From Leptogorgia sarmentosa (lineage: Eukaryota), in NCBI GenBank assembly GCA_964658305.1, contig OZ210885.1, positions 11,408,001-11,472,000 of the forward strand: a DNA stretch of 64,000 nt. Direction: 5' to 3'. Under the pieces are notes generated by a model. The model was not told the DNA's origin, made no database searches, and was given only the letters and a program-made list of their open reading frames with translations. Shown piece after piece: positions 25,763 to 40,184 of this stretch. The position numbers and the translations under genes are program-made. Each line of letters begins with the position of its first letter. Within the stretch, counting starts at the first letter, position 1.

Positions 25763-26725
25763 TTATCATTCATGATGTTTCAAATTTCCAAATTTTTCGG
25801 GGAAGATTGCCCCCAGACCCTTCTAGATAGGGGCACGTTTCATTACTATTTTACAACAGACAGATTTTTGTCCCCCCATAGGCGTACGAGGCGGGGGGAC
25901 AAAGGGCGCAATTGCCCCCCAAAAAATTCAAATAATGTCAACAATCCTCCATGCAGTCGTTCACCTGACCGACCGTACCAAGAAAGTGGAGTTAGAAATC
26001 GCCGTTTCCGACAATCCAGAGGTTGTAAACGTTCAAAAATTTCTCGCTCGGCGCCAACCATGGTGGCGCCCCGTGACATTCACTACCCTAAAATTCGGGC
26101 AAATATCTTTCTGCCCCCTCTCTGAAAAATTGTAGCCCGTACGCTTATGGTCCCTCCCCCCCACTTTTTGGAACGGATTGACGCCCTTGCATAGTTGCCA
26201 TAACCAAACATAATTAAGGAATTTCAGCTAGTTCCATAAAGAATAACGAAGGCCTAATTGAGTGAATACAGAAATTGATTCTTATTCGGGCAGCCATTTT
26301 TGTGGGCTGATTGACTATAAAACGAACTCGAGATTATCTTGTCAGGCCCTCTACAAGCAAAAATGCTCCCGACGTTAATTGAAGCCTTGATCATAACGAA
26401 ATTTGGGCAAAATTGGAAATGCATGTTAAAATAAATCATTGCAATGCAATTCAGAATCAATCAGCGAGAGCTATGCAGGGGTGCTATGTGTAACGTACGA
26501 ACGGCAATCTATCGTATAGGCTTTCGCGTCGGCGTCGCAATTTATCGACAACCAAATCATTCCCAAATGGTAAAAGTAGAAATTAGCTATCAGCATTAAT
26601 TTTATAAAATCTATATCTTCCTACATACATGCCAGTGAAACTGCCTATGCCCAGATAATTGTATTAAGAGTACAACAGGGGCCTTTTTATATAACTTTTT
26701 AGGTACATTTTGTTTCTTTGTGAAG

Positions 26726-29700
26726 CAGACACACAAATGGAAATGTATTAGAGACACAGGTAAAATACAATCAAGCGGAAGTTGGGGAAATTTGTCATTT
26801 CTGGAATTTTCGGACAACAGCTGCCTTGATCCATCAGCTCAGTTTCGGTTTCGGGATAATGGTGCAATGTTGAGCTTGAAGAGGCAGGGTTGCGTCGCTG
26901 CTTTTAACAGAAATGGTTCTGGTTATAATCTTGATATGTTTTATCTCTTCGTGGACTCAGTCAGTTTGGACACGAATGCTTGTGCTCAGAAACCTAACGA
27001 GAGTATCTATCGTGCTATAACACAGACCCCTGATGGAGGATTATCAGTCTACTATAAAGGGAAACATAGCGGTTCATTTGAAATGTGGTTCGCAAGGGAT
27101 ACATATAGTTACACACTTGATAGAATATATGGGATATCACTTTACATTGGATTGTGGCAAACAGGATGGAAACGCCTTTTTCGTTTCGGTAAGTTTTTGC
27201 AGAAGGCAATAAACACTACTACAGTGTACAGTTTCGTGCTCTGTGAAAACATGTAAACGATTGGCGGACTAGTTGTACCCAAACTGGTGACTAAAATTAT
27301 AATAATACTTCGCATGTTAGACAACTTAACTTATCATAGGAAATTCCTTCCCGAGAAAATTTTAATCAGATCTGAATAGTTTGAACGGTAAGGAGCAGAG
27401 TTAAAACTTTTTCTCTTCCAATTAATTGTTTGATTTCGTCTAACTCTACGTAGATGCGTGAAAATTAAGAGATTAAAATGCGTGGAACATATTCTTCCCA
27501 GTCACCACTGGAATAGACATTTTGCACGAACGACTATAATGTAAAAAGAAGTTTAGTAACTATAATTATTTTCATTTCGCTAATTTATTGTTTTTCTTCA
27601 AAGCCTGGTTTCTTCGAAGGATTTTTTTTACACTAAAAATTGTAAAACTAAACACGTATAAAAGTATATGTATTGAAGAGTGGGAAAAAAAAATACATGA
27701 AAAAACCAGGAAAAAAAAGATAGGTGGGAAATAGGCCTCGAATCATTGCTATGCGCATTTTTTGCATTTTACCTTTAACAATGCGAAATTCATATTCTTT
27801 CCTAAGGCTCAGTGACGTGTCATGGTGAAATGGTGGCGAATGCCAATTGTCCTAAAGATCAGTACATGGTGGTTAAATTCGCATCTTATCGTGGACTACC
27901 AGTCACTAAGAAATGTGGTTCAAGCGATGATTATATTTGTGAAGTTGATGTCACATGTGTTGTTAAGAGAAAATGTGATGGTGAACATGAATGTAGCGTA
28001 ACTGTGGATGAGAAATTAATCCCGGGAGATCCATGTCCAGGATTATCGAATTATCTTCACTTTGAATATCAATGTGTTGATGCAAAAAATTCTTACATAG
28101 AATATTGTGGTATGTACTATGTCTTTAGTCTTAAAATAATCCTTTTTTAGTAGAGGTGTCTATTTTAGTTTGCGGAGCTATAAAACGGTCATGATTTCGT
28201 GGAAACTTCTTCAAATTCCTTGCTTTTGCTCCTTTGTTCTTGCTTTCTTTTGTCTTCCTCTCCATCTTGGTACAAACAGTATCTCTACTGGGAATCTTTT
28301 ACAATTTTTTGCCTCTTCTGAACTGAACTTTTTCAAGAGAAATTTATCATTCAGTGCTTGTGGTATTTCGATCATGTCTGTAGACACGCGTATTGCGTTA
28401 CGACATAGTAATGTAATTTATCTACATTGGGTTTCTCATGTACAAATCAATGGGTTTTACACATATTTCTGAAGGAAGGCTCTTATTTGCCAAGGCGACT
28501 ACATTTTAGCATATGCTACTTTTTTGGCCATCCCCTGCAAGTGTAAAGAGTGCAAAATATTGACAGGTGCATAATTATATTAAGGTCATTAAGTCTAGTC
28601 ATTTTCACAAATTAAAATATGAATCTTTCCAAAGCGCACATTCAGGTTTGTATTAGGCTATTGGAATGATTACAATAGATAATTTTTAATACTCGTTGCG
28701 TTCATTTTTTGGACACCCTGTATGTTAACAGTCTGTGAGAACAACAGAGAAAATATTAATTGTCGGAAATGCTAATATATGAATATGTTCCCCGTAACCC
28801 AATTATCCAGCTTTGTGCGCCTTTGGTAAATAACGAATAGCAATTTCCCTGTTGTCTTTTGCAGTTGAAGATGTATTCCTATCATATTCATCAGTACCTT
28901 ACAAAGGAGTTTTACAAATAACTGTCGATAAGCAGACGAAGAACGTTTGTTTCGCGTATGTGAACAAAGTCAACGTAATTTCTATTTGTCGTCAACTGGG
29001 ATACCAGAAAGTGTATTCCGTTGTTGGTGTACCTCTTCCAATTGGAGCCACAGGTCTAGCATTGTCTTATTATTTGTATTGCAATGGATATGAAGAATAT
29101 GTATCCCAGTGTCCAGTAAGCATTGCGAACAGCAAAAGTTGTCCCAAGTTATCATATATAGAATGTAAGTACAGATACCATCCTGTAATATGAAGATAGT
29201 ATTCTATTCACTATACGTCACAATCATGATCAGTCTGATCGACCTTTCCTATTTTACATAGACTTTTGCATTGGCGGCAGAGGATCGATAAATGGGGGGC
29301 TCATAATCGTATATTCGTGTTCTGGATTACTAATTTCTTTTGAAATTATTTTCATGGTTTGTGAATACGAATATATGAATATGAGCCCCCCAAATTATCG
29401 ATCTTCTGCCGCCACTGAACTTTTCAATAGAGAAATTTCATTATACAACTATATTCACGACCCTCACAATCCTGCTCACACTAATCATGGATTGAGGATA
29501 ATTAATATAATGATCCACGGCATTTTTATAGCCTTCTGCAGTATCTACTGTCCAATAACCCACAAAAATCCATACACCACAAGTCACAATGTATCGGCCT
29601 CCAAAGGCGTATGTTGTATAAAGCGTAAGAGTAATCGTTATAATAGCACATCACGTTTGTTTGCTAGTGAGTATGACAAATAGTCTTGTTCAAAGGCAAG

Positions 29701-32700
29701 GCATGCCAGCTTATCAACAAGGTCTGAAATTTGATCTGTAAAGGCCCCTCAAAACTTGACAACTAAATTCATTAGCAAAAATAAAATTTGTTCCTAACAC
29801 ACATGAGCCAATGAACTTGTCAAGAAAATTGTCAAGGAAAACTTGTTCGTCTGAACGGGGTTTGACCGTTGTGCTTAGCATTCGAATTTAGCAAATATAG
29901 AGAAATGGTTTTATTTAATTTTATCTCTGTAAACACTTCATCGAAAGCACAAGTTTTCGCTTATTGCTCTATTCACTCTATGGGCTTTCAATAGTTAGTT
30001 ATCCTTATCCAAAACCAGTCCATGTTTTCCCACGGTGCATCGCGCTCATAGTTGGACGTTTAATGTTTTGGGTTTGAATAAACTGTATATTGTCCAGTCA
30101 AACACTTGCCCATATGTTTAATCGGGCAATTAAACTACCGCACATATATTATTGTACAATATTAACCTCGCACCTGTTAGTAATAACCGTAAAGACATAA
30201 AATATTTCTAGAACTTAGAGCACTTTATCAATTCTGGTATAATGTCTTTGCCAATTTTACCCTCATACCTAATGGATTTTTATTTTTACTGTTCAAAGAT
30301 AATTTATTTTCCGCTCATATATGTTACAATTATTGACGTTATTGGAAAATTTGATTTATAAGATAAATCAAGTCCTCAAAAAATCTTTCTATATTCTAGG
30401 TATTTCGTCCGAACTATTGCTACATAACAAACACAAATTTCCAGATTCGTTGTTCAGTGCTTCTGCCTCTTCAAAAAGCCATTCTGCTTCTGATGCAAGA
30501 ATATCTAGTGGTAGTTCTTGGTGTGCTCCTGTTGGAAAACATTTTCTTCAAGTAGATTTAGGAAGACGCTACCGTCTCGATTACTTAGTCACATATGGTG
30601 ACAGCAAAAGCAAAAAATGGGTGGCCACATACAAACTGAATTATACCATTGATTTGAAAAACTGGAAAACACTGCCCAAGGTGAGAAAAAATATATCTCG
30701 CATCCAAAATGAGGAAGACCATTTCAGGTGTGAGCCCGTGGAGCCGTGGGGAGAGTCTGTGGGCTACTATCTTGACTTCCAAAATATTGAGAATTTTTTT
30801 AATTGGAGTAGAAGTTAAAATATAAGATATAAAAGATAGAGACAACATAAAACGGTCGATGATATTCGAACATAAAATTGAGTGAAAACTGAAAAGCTCT
30901 TCCTTGCTTTTAGCTATATTAAGTCTAAATGTTTACTTTGATATTTGTTCATATCAACGAAAGGCAGCACAATTCATGTCCAGCAACTGAATGGTTTATA
31001 ATGCTTCATGTAATATTGTAATTATTTCTAACGTTTGTAGTTTACACCACGTAATTTTATGATCGAAAAGCTTTCAATCGGTAAGTCCAGATCTTCATCA
31101 GTGCCAATAATATCGCACCATAAATTAAGCTACTACATATACAGATGTGAAACTCCCATTCATTTCCTGGTCACGTGGTTTTCGGAGGCTGACGTCATTT
31201 CCAAAACCGTGTGAATGAATCACATCTGTTTGTTGCTTAATTTATAGTCAGATATCATTGGCACTGATGGAGATCCGGGCTTACGATTCGAAAGTGTTGC
31301 GATAATAAACTACAAACGTTATAAATGTTGTCTTCACGATGCAAACAATTCGAAGAATTAAAGTAATTGTTTCAAATTTTGGAGTGAACTGCGTAACCTA
31401 AAATGATTTGTTGCTAAAACAAATTTGTGGAAAACAGGTTATGTTTGGGAAATATAACTGTTATTTCCAAACTTCTGAATGAAGCGGTTTTCAAGTAAAT
31501 CGAGATATTTCGGTTCAGGTAAATGATCAGATGAGTAGACTACTAAATTCGACAGAAGCCCCAAGGTTCATTTATCAACTTTTAATGGTATGCTTTGAAC
31601 TTATACTGAATAAAAGCGCTAATTACAAAACCATAGTAAAAAGTCCACTAAATTAATTTTCACTATTTTTTTGCTTGGCTACAATTTATATTAAAACAGA
31701 TATTCTATGTCTTCTATTCACTTTAGCGAATTTAATAACTAGTAATGTATTGTGGCTACTTATCATTTGTTCTTTCTACTTATAGATATTTCAGGGAAAC
31801 AAAAATGCTTTCAATCGAGCGGCTGAGCAATTTATTGATGTGACAACAAGAGCTTTACGACTCATTCCATTAACCCATGTAGGCGAATCATGTATGAGAG
31901 TTGACTTCAGGGGTAAAAGTAAGTTGAACTGACAGAACGCTCCCAGGGTGGATACGAGAGGGGAATCTAATGTTCAAATATAACGCGGCTCTTTTGTGTT
32001 TTGCCGGTTTATTGGTTTTTCATATTTTGCATATTTTGCAGCTCTTCTTTTGAAATTAAATGAAAAACAACAGATTTCAAAAGAAATCCGTCGGGCAGAA
32101 CACGAGTATATGAATATGCAACAACAACAACCCCCTCATTTAACGCTCTAGCTACGGCCCTGCAATATACACGTTCGGTATAGGAGAACCAGAGAAATTT
32201 CTAAAACAGATATAATTAAAATTGGTAAACCTAGAAACTATCGCGCTGTTGAAATCTCCAGACTGGACGATTTTTACGCACGGATTTCTTTGCTAAACAA
32301 TATGTACTTTAATTTGAGCAAACAATGTTAAATACTATCTCCCAAAAATAACTTTCACCAGTTATAACTCGACAGGTTATGGATTTACAAATCTATTATT
32401 GACGCCTCCCCCTTATTGATTATGTTAACATTCGTTAACGTTATGAATATTTTTTATTTTAAACGATAGCTATTAATCAGAGGCCTAATTAGAATTTTTG
32501 GCTAATTGGGCCAGAAATAACCTATGGTGGGGGGAAGGGCACGACTACAACATGGGCTTTGAAATATTTTCATTTTACCGATGGGCATGACTGAAAATAG
32601 GGGAGGGCGAATCTTATTGAAGATTATGATTGAGGAATATGGTTGAGGATCATTGCTGACGATGATAGTTGGGGATGATGGTTGAGGATTTTGATTGATG

Positions 32701-35700
32701 TCATGGTTGAGGCTAGGAATGATGGTTGAGAATGATGGCTGATGATAATGCTTCAGGATAATGGTTGAGGTTTAATGGTGGTTGATGATAGTTGTTGAGT
32801 ATTATGGTTGAGGATTATCGTTAAGTACTATGTCTGAGGATAATGTTTATTGTTGAGGCATGAACGTAGCCAGAACGATAATAGGGGGCATATGTATATT
32901 TTCGTGTTCACATACCATAAAAACAATCGATTTGAAGAGAAATTAATAACGCAGAACATAAATATATGAATATGCCCCCCCCCCCCGCCAATTATCGTTC
33001 TGGCTACGGCACTGTGTTGAGGGTTATGGTTGACGATTTCCTTGAGCGGGAAAATTTCCAAGATGTATGAACGCTAAATTTCCGTATAGAGAAGACAGGT
33101 TTCACAGTCTTAAATCTACATTTGTTATCAACTTCTTCAAATTTTGTCGTGAAATTTGTTAATTTGTGAGGACCCGAAAAAAATGCACAAGTTATGATTT
33201 AAAGTAGTTTTAATTTTTTTGTTTGCTGAATTTTCAAGAGGAGCCCACTTTTGCCAGGCGAAGCTTGTCATGCCTCTGTAGCTGTTCCTAACTATGTTCC
33301 TAACTACATTCTCCAATTATTTTCGAAACCATGGCACCTAGTTCTATAGCAGATAGTACTAAGCTGTACAATAAATATAGTGTACGTGTATGTACATATC
33401 AGTTTCGCTGGCTGTGTAGTAGCGAATAAAATTTGTCTACCGGGAAAAATATTCCTACGGGTTTCATTTTTCTTCAAATAAAATTGCATCAATTGAAAAC
33501 TCTTAAATAATGTTCTCGCTTTATTAAACAAATAATTTTTGTTGCTATCTAATGTTTTCCAGACAAAATTAATACAATTCCAATTGTAGAATTTGTTCTT
33601 TCTTCTCTAGCTGTGTTTCCAGACAAACCTAAAAACCTCAGCGTCAGTAATATCACGTCCAGAAGCGTTAGAATATCTTGGATAGATCCCCAAAACAAAG
33701 GAATATTTAATATATCAAAATTCTGGATAAAACTGAAGAAAAATAACTCGCGATTTCGTGATATTACCACAAAAAAAGGGAATGAATTTCAAATAAATAA
33801 TCTCACTCCGTTTACTGCATACGAGATATCAGTAACTGCTGGAAATTCTCGTGGGTTTAGTGAAGAATCTGCTATTACATCGTTTTCTACGCATGAGGAA
33901 GGTGAGTGATGCAAGAACTGTTTAAAGAGCGTTCAGATTAAAATGGCGGAAGGGCATGGTGGTCCATTTAGACCATGCGGTTGGACAAAAAGAAGGTAAC
34001 TTACCCCGGGGTCCAGACTTAGATAATGCCCCAAATCTATCACGGGCCCATAAAGTTAACGAACACGTTATGTTAAAGAAACACTCCTTTCGTGCAACTG
34101 AAAGAACCTACTAAAAAAGGTGAAATTAAGACTCTGAAATGGCTGTTTCGGGCGATCTAAAGGTCCTAAATGTCAAAAATCTCTTGCCTCGGTGCCAACC
34201 ATGGTGGTACAGCCAAATGGCTTCGTAGTAAAATATATGAACAATAAAATGTCTCTCCCTAAGTGGTTCACACCGCCAGGGTGTTTAACTAAAACATTCC
34301 CTCACCAAACGGGCTATTGGCAATGCCTTGGTATTACATTTGTATTTTCCGCTGTTGTGAAAAAAATCGTCATAGGGTCCCTAGAGGAAAGTTTGCCCCG
34401 GGCACCGCGATTTCTCTCGGCGTCCCTGACGATAGACTACGAACAAAGTGATCTTTTCTGTCAAAACATGACAACTTCAATAGAACTACACATTTAATCG
34501 ATGTTTTAGTTTAACTATTAATTAAATAATTAATTTAATTAAGTTTAACTATTTACAGCTGGCTACACAACATTCAAGCCGAACGACCCCGATCAATTAT
34601 ATCACATACATTGCATTGAGTACAGGACTGTTTCTAGTTTTTGTCCTGAGAAATACAATGAATGAAATTTAAAAATATTTTAAAACATATACGTATAATT
34701 TATTCATTACCCATGCAATTGTTTTCATGATTACATTTTTAGCTCCAAGCGGTACTCCATTGAGCATCAAAACAATAGCACGAAGTGCAACATCATTGTT
34801 TATCACCTGGCAGCCTCCTGAGAAAACCATGAGAAATGGCGTGATTGCAAGTTATACAGCGTGTATATCGCATTTAGAAAATGCTCCTTGCTTTCAGACG
34901 TTTAACACAATGAAAACTGATTGGCTTGTCAGGAATTTAAATACATCAACAAAATATTATGTTCGTGTTCTTGCAAGCACTACAGTCGGAGTTGGAAACT
35001 ATAGTGAAAGCAGAGGATTCTTTACGAATGGAAGTAAGTAATATTATTATATGGCTTTTCAAAATTCTCTATTCTGATTGGTTGACAATCGGTCCGTAAA
35101 AACCCATATCCGGACCGTGGTCCGTATTTTCCGAATCTGGACCGGTGTCCCGGATGTCGTTTATCTGGACAGAAATTTCGCTTCATAAACAGAAAAGATG
35201 TTTGCTTTTTAATTTTCCAATTTAAGATAATAATTTCAAACAACTAAAATGTTTTAGATTGAGCATGCATGTCTACCGTATATACTGTTACCCATGCAGT
35301 GAAACTGATGATAGCCGTTTATTCGCGCAAAAAGCATATGCTCAAAATACTCAATTCAGCCCTTTAATACAAGAAATACATACATACAGTATCCCCTCGC
35401 TCGCCTAGCTAACGTACCCAGGCTACAATCATCTCAGTGCAACTAAATTCAAGCAAAATGAAGTAGCAACTGCATGTGCCATTGTTATAACAACAACATG
35501 GCAATTTTTCGAAATGTTTTTTAAAAATGAGGAAACAGCTAGCATTGTAATGGCTAAAATATATCAGTTTTCAACCTGCTTTTTATTGACAATTTTTTAA
35601 TTTGCAGAATATATATGTCACACGATTTTCATTAAACTTCGTTTTGATGTAAAATATTCGCATAAGACGGGTTTTTTTATTTTACACAAATTTCGTCACA

Positions 35701-38243
35701 TGGGGGTAAATAACGGGCCCACATCTTTTCGATGCGACCTGGCAAGAAAGATCAACTGCGCATGCTCGGCAAGTTTAAATTTAGTCGTCATCAGGTCGTC
35801 ATTCAATGAGATGACGTATCTAGTAACTTGCGGAACATGCGCACAAAAAAGTGGCTACAACCGTTAGACCTCGATCTATAATGTTTATATATATGTTCTA
35901 TAGACGTTAATGTTTTATTCACAATCTGTATTCATCATGATTTGTCACTCAGACAGAAGCACTTGGATTTCTGTGAGCTTTTTTGTGACTGAACGATAAC
36001 CTCTTCTACATGACCTCATTATACAATATCTGTACTGTAATTTAATATCGTCTCTCGTTAATTAATACAACCCTGTTTATACGACTAAAATATTCTGGTC
36101 GAATGGTGATACAATAACAGGGTCCCACTGTACATTCTTGCAGGTCCACCGCAGCATTTAGATCAAACATCCAAGAGCCTTACATTTTCACTGGAAATAC
36201 CAACAAAACCATTTCTGTAAGTAGTTAAAAATCATTGAATGAGGTTGAGCACGATCTAAAACGTAACTCAATAATTGTTTTATTGTTCACCTGAAAGATT
36301 CGAAACAAACCAATTTCACATCAAATATCAGGAAATTTTCAAATAGCTAAATAAATTGATTATCGCATATGGGTCTTTTAACTGAATTATTCACATTGAT
36401 GATCTATTCGGTAGTTGTGTTCTACAGATGCAATTTTTTTAATAGATATTTTTACGTAGTGGCGTTGAAATTAACAGAGGATCAAGAGACTGTCTCATCC
36501 GACAACTACGACGAGATCGATTTATTGAATTTTTCCAGAATGCAAAATAAAACAAAGCCAAAACCATATATCGCTGCAGTATTTACATCCAGCGGTGTTG
36601 GTGAGAGCACTTTTATACTTGGTGATGGCATAATAACAGATTATCCAACTTCACCCACAACGAGTTATTATTATAATGGACCGTTGGAACCTGGTACCAG
36701 CTACAAAATTTTTCAAAGGATTGTTATAAATGAAGAGGTATAATTGCCTTTCGTGAAATACTTATGGCAATTGGGGATGGCTTCATTTCGCCAATGAAAA
36801 CTGATTAATTGTAATTTAGTGCGCTTTTTCACTGAAATATTTTTCTGTACGTAAAATGAAAGTGAAACAAATAAGTATACATTCATGAAATATTCTGTAC
36901 TAGTATACTACAAAACGAAAAACTAAATTAATTATTTCTCATCTTTATTCCTATAGCACGATTACTACTCTACAGACTGGAGTTCTACTGCCAAAACAAG
37001 TGAAGAAACAGGTGCTGTACATGGCGAATAATTTTTATACTGCTTTTTCAATCAAGACCAATAGAATAAATAATTGTAGTTTTTTTCTAAAACTTTCACT
37101 ATTGGTCTTTTAATTCAACTTCCAGATTTCGTATAGCTATATTTTGAAAAATTAACGAAAACAATGAATTTAAAATTCTAGTTTGATAAGTATCGACTTT
37201 AATGTTTTCCAAGTTACAATTGGGTAAAAAGAAAATGGAAATGGTAATTTGTTCAGGTTCTCAGTATATTCCCCCTCTGTATTGTAATGTACTTAATATT
37301 AAACAATTATATATTGAATGAGGTCGAGTAGGATATCTGGATATGAGAATTATTAATTAAGGCCGATGTTTGATAATTCAACATATAATAATAATAATAA
37401 CATTTCTATAGCGCATATACATTACTGTTCCTACAAGAACCGAATTTGATAATTGTTTTATTATTCATTTGTTTCTTTACTTAGTGGAAACGGTTGCATT
37501 GTAAACAAGAACTTGTATTTTTCGCCGTTTTTACATAAGCAGCATAAATTTGTCGACGTCATAATGTCACATAAATTTCAATATACGACATAATTACGTC
37601 ATAATGTCGTATATGTGTTTTACAGAACAGATATGACGCGTTCACCTACTGCTCTTAACCAATCAAAACTCTTGAGTTTTTTTTAAATAAAAATTATATT
37701 CATACTTTCTTACAACAACTCTTTCCTGAAACATGTAATACATTACGTGCAGATGCTCGAGTATTAAGCAAGCATCTCATTCAACCACAATGTCGTTCAT
37801 AACAAACAAATCATATTAGATATGGAGTTACGAAAAAAAAGTATTTTTCATTTAATTATATGCCGCCAACATAGTTCTATTTTGTCACATCATACATAGG
37901 TACAGATGAAAATGACGTTTCTGGAAAGTATTTTGTTGGAATTGTTGCAACCTCAGCTATTCTGCTGGTCATTTTGTTGGTTTTCATTCCTTATTTGGTT
38001 CATCGAATTTGTTTCAAATCGCAAAACACTAAGAGAGGGCAGGAAACTACTGATACTGGAAACAACTTGGAAAACGCGGACAATCCTGAACGATTTGACG
38101 CCAGCATATACGAGGAAGTGAGCGATGAACAATTCTATTCGAGCCTCAATAGGTCTGGTGAGGAAATATATGATGATCGTTGCTACGCTCATCTAAATCA
38201 AGTTATTGATACATGTGTAAGACAGGAGGAAACTGGATTATAA
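26726..38243 (+). CDS. Single-pass receptor: unassigned N-terminal domain, SUEL/Gal-lectin, SRCR, F5/8C, 2x FN3, RPTP-like juxtamembrane domain, TM, short Tyr-motif tail (5' end not found)
   Basis: Phase-compatible GT-AG exons: ~26726-27188, 27807-28109, 28865-29164, 30400-30680, 31786-31918, 33611-33901, 34743-35033, 36144-36216, 36446-36737, 36957-37011, 37900-38243. Motifs DPCPGLSNYL, ICRQLGY, FLQVDLG/CMRVDF, NLTPFTAYEI, YYNGPLEPGTSY; TM FVGIVATSAILLVILLVFIPYLV. Confidence 0.85.
29269..29417. mobile_element. hAT-type MITE
   Basis: CATTGGCGGCAGA...TCTGCCGCCACTG; flanks GACTTTTG/AACTTTTC. Confidence 0.75.
31027..31323. mobile_element. MITE-like inverted repeat (arms of about 85 bp)
   Basis: TAACGTTTGTAGTTT..ATCAGTGCCAATAATATC is mirrored by GATATCATTGGCACTGAT..AAACTACAAACGTTA. 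Confidence 0.7.
32625..33035. repeat. Degenerate GATGGTTGAGGAT tandem repeat interrupted by a hAT MITE (32859-33014)
   Basis: MITE CATGAACGTAGCCAGAACGATAAT...ATTATCGTTCTGGCTACGGCACTG with a perfect 8-bp TSD TGTTGAGG. Confidence 0.85.
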
Positions 38244-39619
38244 TATTTCAATTTATTCATTCGTGGTTATAACTTATAACACTTTAACTGAAACTTAGTT
38301 TTGAACTAGCAAGTTGATTGTTGCTGGTGCAGCATCGATCTACATGACGTACAAACCAAATAAGCTGACTCAACACATATTTAAACAGCTGCTTGCCATT
38401 GATATAACCTCAGATATAATTGTAGTATTTCAATATTGGTCGAGGCATTTGTTCATTTGAAAAGTTGAAATTCTTCGAAGTTGAAAATGATTATTATTGG
38501 ATTGTAACCTTCTAGCAATTTGGCAAAGGAACTGAGTTGACTTTGAGTAAATAACACAGAAATCAAATCCAGAGTCGACTAATATTTGCTTATAGCGCGA
38601 TTTTAAAGCATGCACCAACCTGATGAATATCACACTTTTAGTACTGAATTCCGTTCGCATTTGGCTTTTTTGGCGGGGGAACATTTTCATTGGTATTCCA
38701 AGAGTGTATTACATAGCTGAACATTACTATAATAATCTTATTTATTCGCTCGCACGTTTAAGTAAATAATTCAACTTCAATACTTATTTTTATCTCCGAC
38801 AAGGGCCTAGATGTCGATTTTTTTTGGGGGGGGGGGGGACGTGTAAATCATAACGGAGACCGATAGGAGCATCGAGGCACAAGAAACCAGAGAGGTCTGG
38901 CGGCATGCTCCCCGGGAAATTTTGAAATTTGGGTCTCGGAAATCGCATTTCCAGGAAGATGTTGAAACGCCTGTCCACATAACACCATTTGTAAATTGCA
39001 TTAGTAATCACTTTACTTTTTATAATTTATAGCTATGAATGCCGCCGGTCTCGAGATAATATGTCGGTCTTCGCTCAGCAACGCATTTAATCCTAAAATT
39101 GCGTAATTTTGAGACCTGTTGTACGTATTTTGAGACCGACTGGCCAGTGCCTGGCCAACCCCCCCCCATACCCCCCATCCCCCCCATCCCCCCTCCCCCC
39201 CATACCCCCCCCCATATTTACGCCCCTGATTTCCGAGTGTATCGTCAAATATAAATATCAATCATTAAGGAGGTGTGTCCTTACACTTATTTATTATGTC
39301 ATTACTATGTTCCGAGTGCCTGTTTCCTACTGTTACATGATATGCATGCAAGAATCATGTAATTTTTTATCAGTTATATAGCTGCAACGAGGGGTATTCG
39401 AGAAACAATTACCCTGAGGGACTTCCTCTTCCCCTACAGCTTCCGCCATTTTTAATTTATGCATGCAATAACGAGCGGGGTATTTCAAAGTCGAATACCA
39501 TGCCCCGGAGAAAAATCTAGGGTATAAAGTTCCCATGGCATGGTATTCGCTAAAAAAATTTATGGACACGTGTTACAAATGTGAGCTTTTGATTGGACAA
39601 TGTAATAGTGAGGTATAAT

Positions 39620-39975
39620 ATTTAACAATTATTGGATGAGGTTTTTGCCATATGCGGAATTATCAAGGTCGAGGTAAGCGTTATCAGCCGAACCGAAGGC
39701 GAGGCTGATAACGCTTACCAAGACCTTGATAATTTTGCATATCACAAAAACCGAATTCAATAATTGTTTTATTATACATTTGAAGAATAATAAACCAAGT
39801 ATTAACGCATGAAAAACTTTATTTATGAAACCATACTGAAAACAGCCTCATTTTGTACCTAATTAGTTATCTGCTAGCAGATAACTGGATTTCCTGTGGG
39901 TTGCGTGATTGCGCGATTTAACTGTATGCTCTTAGCCAATCAGATTGCTTTTACCATCTACAATGTATAATAATA
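39620..39975. mobile_element. Hairpin-ended interspersed element (copy 3, reverse orientation, divergent subfamily)
   Basis: Palindrome at 39622-39775 centred on GCCGAACCGAAGGCGAGGC; the other end is GCCAATCAG...TGTATAAT. Confidence 0.7.
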
Positions 39976-40184
39976 ACTATTATTACATCACACACCTTAA
40001 TAAGCCGCTTTGTGAAGTTGAGAGTGATTTCAAATTTGTTTCAGCCCGTAAATTGAATATTACTAAATCAATTTTATCTATTCAGATAAATCCAGTGATG
40101 GAGAAACTCGATAAGATACAATCCACACTGCTTCGCAAAATTAAAGAGCTTGAAAGGTCTGCAGTTGAGAACTCAGAAAAACTT

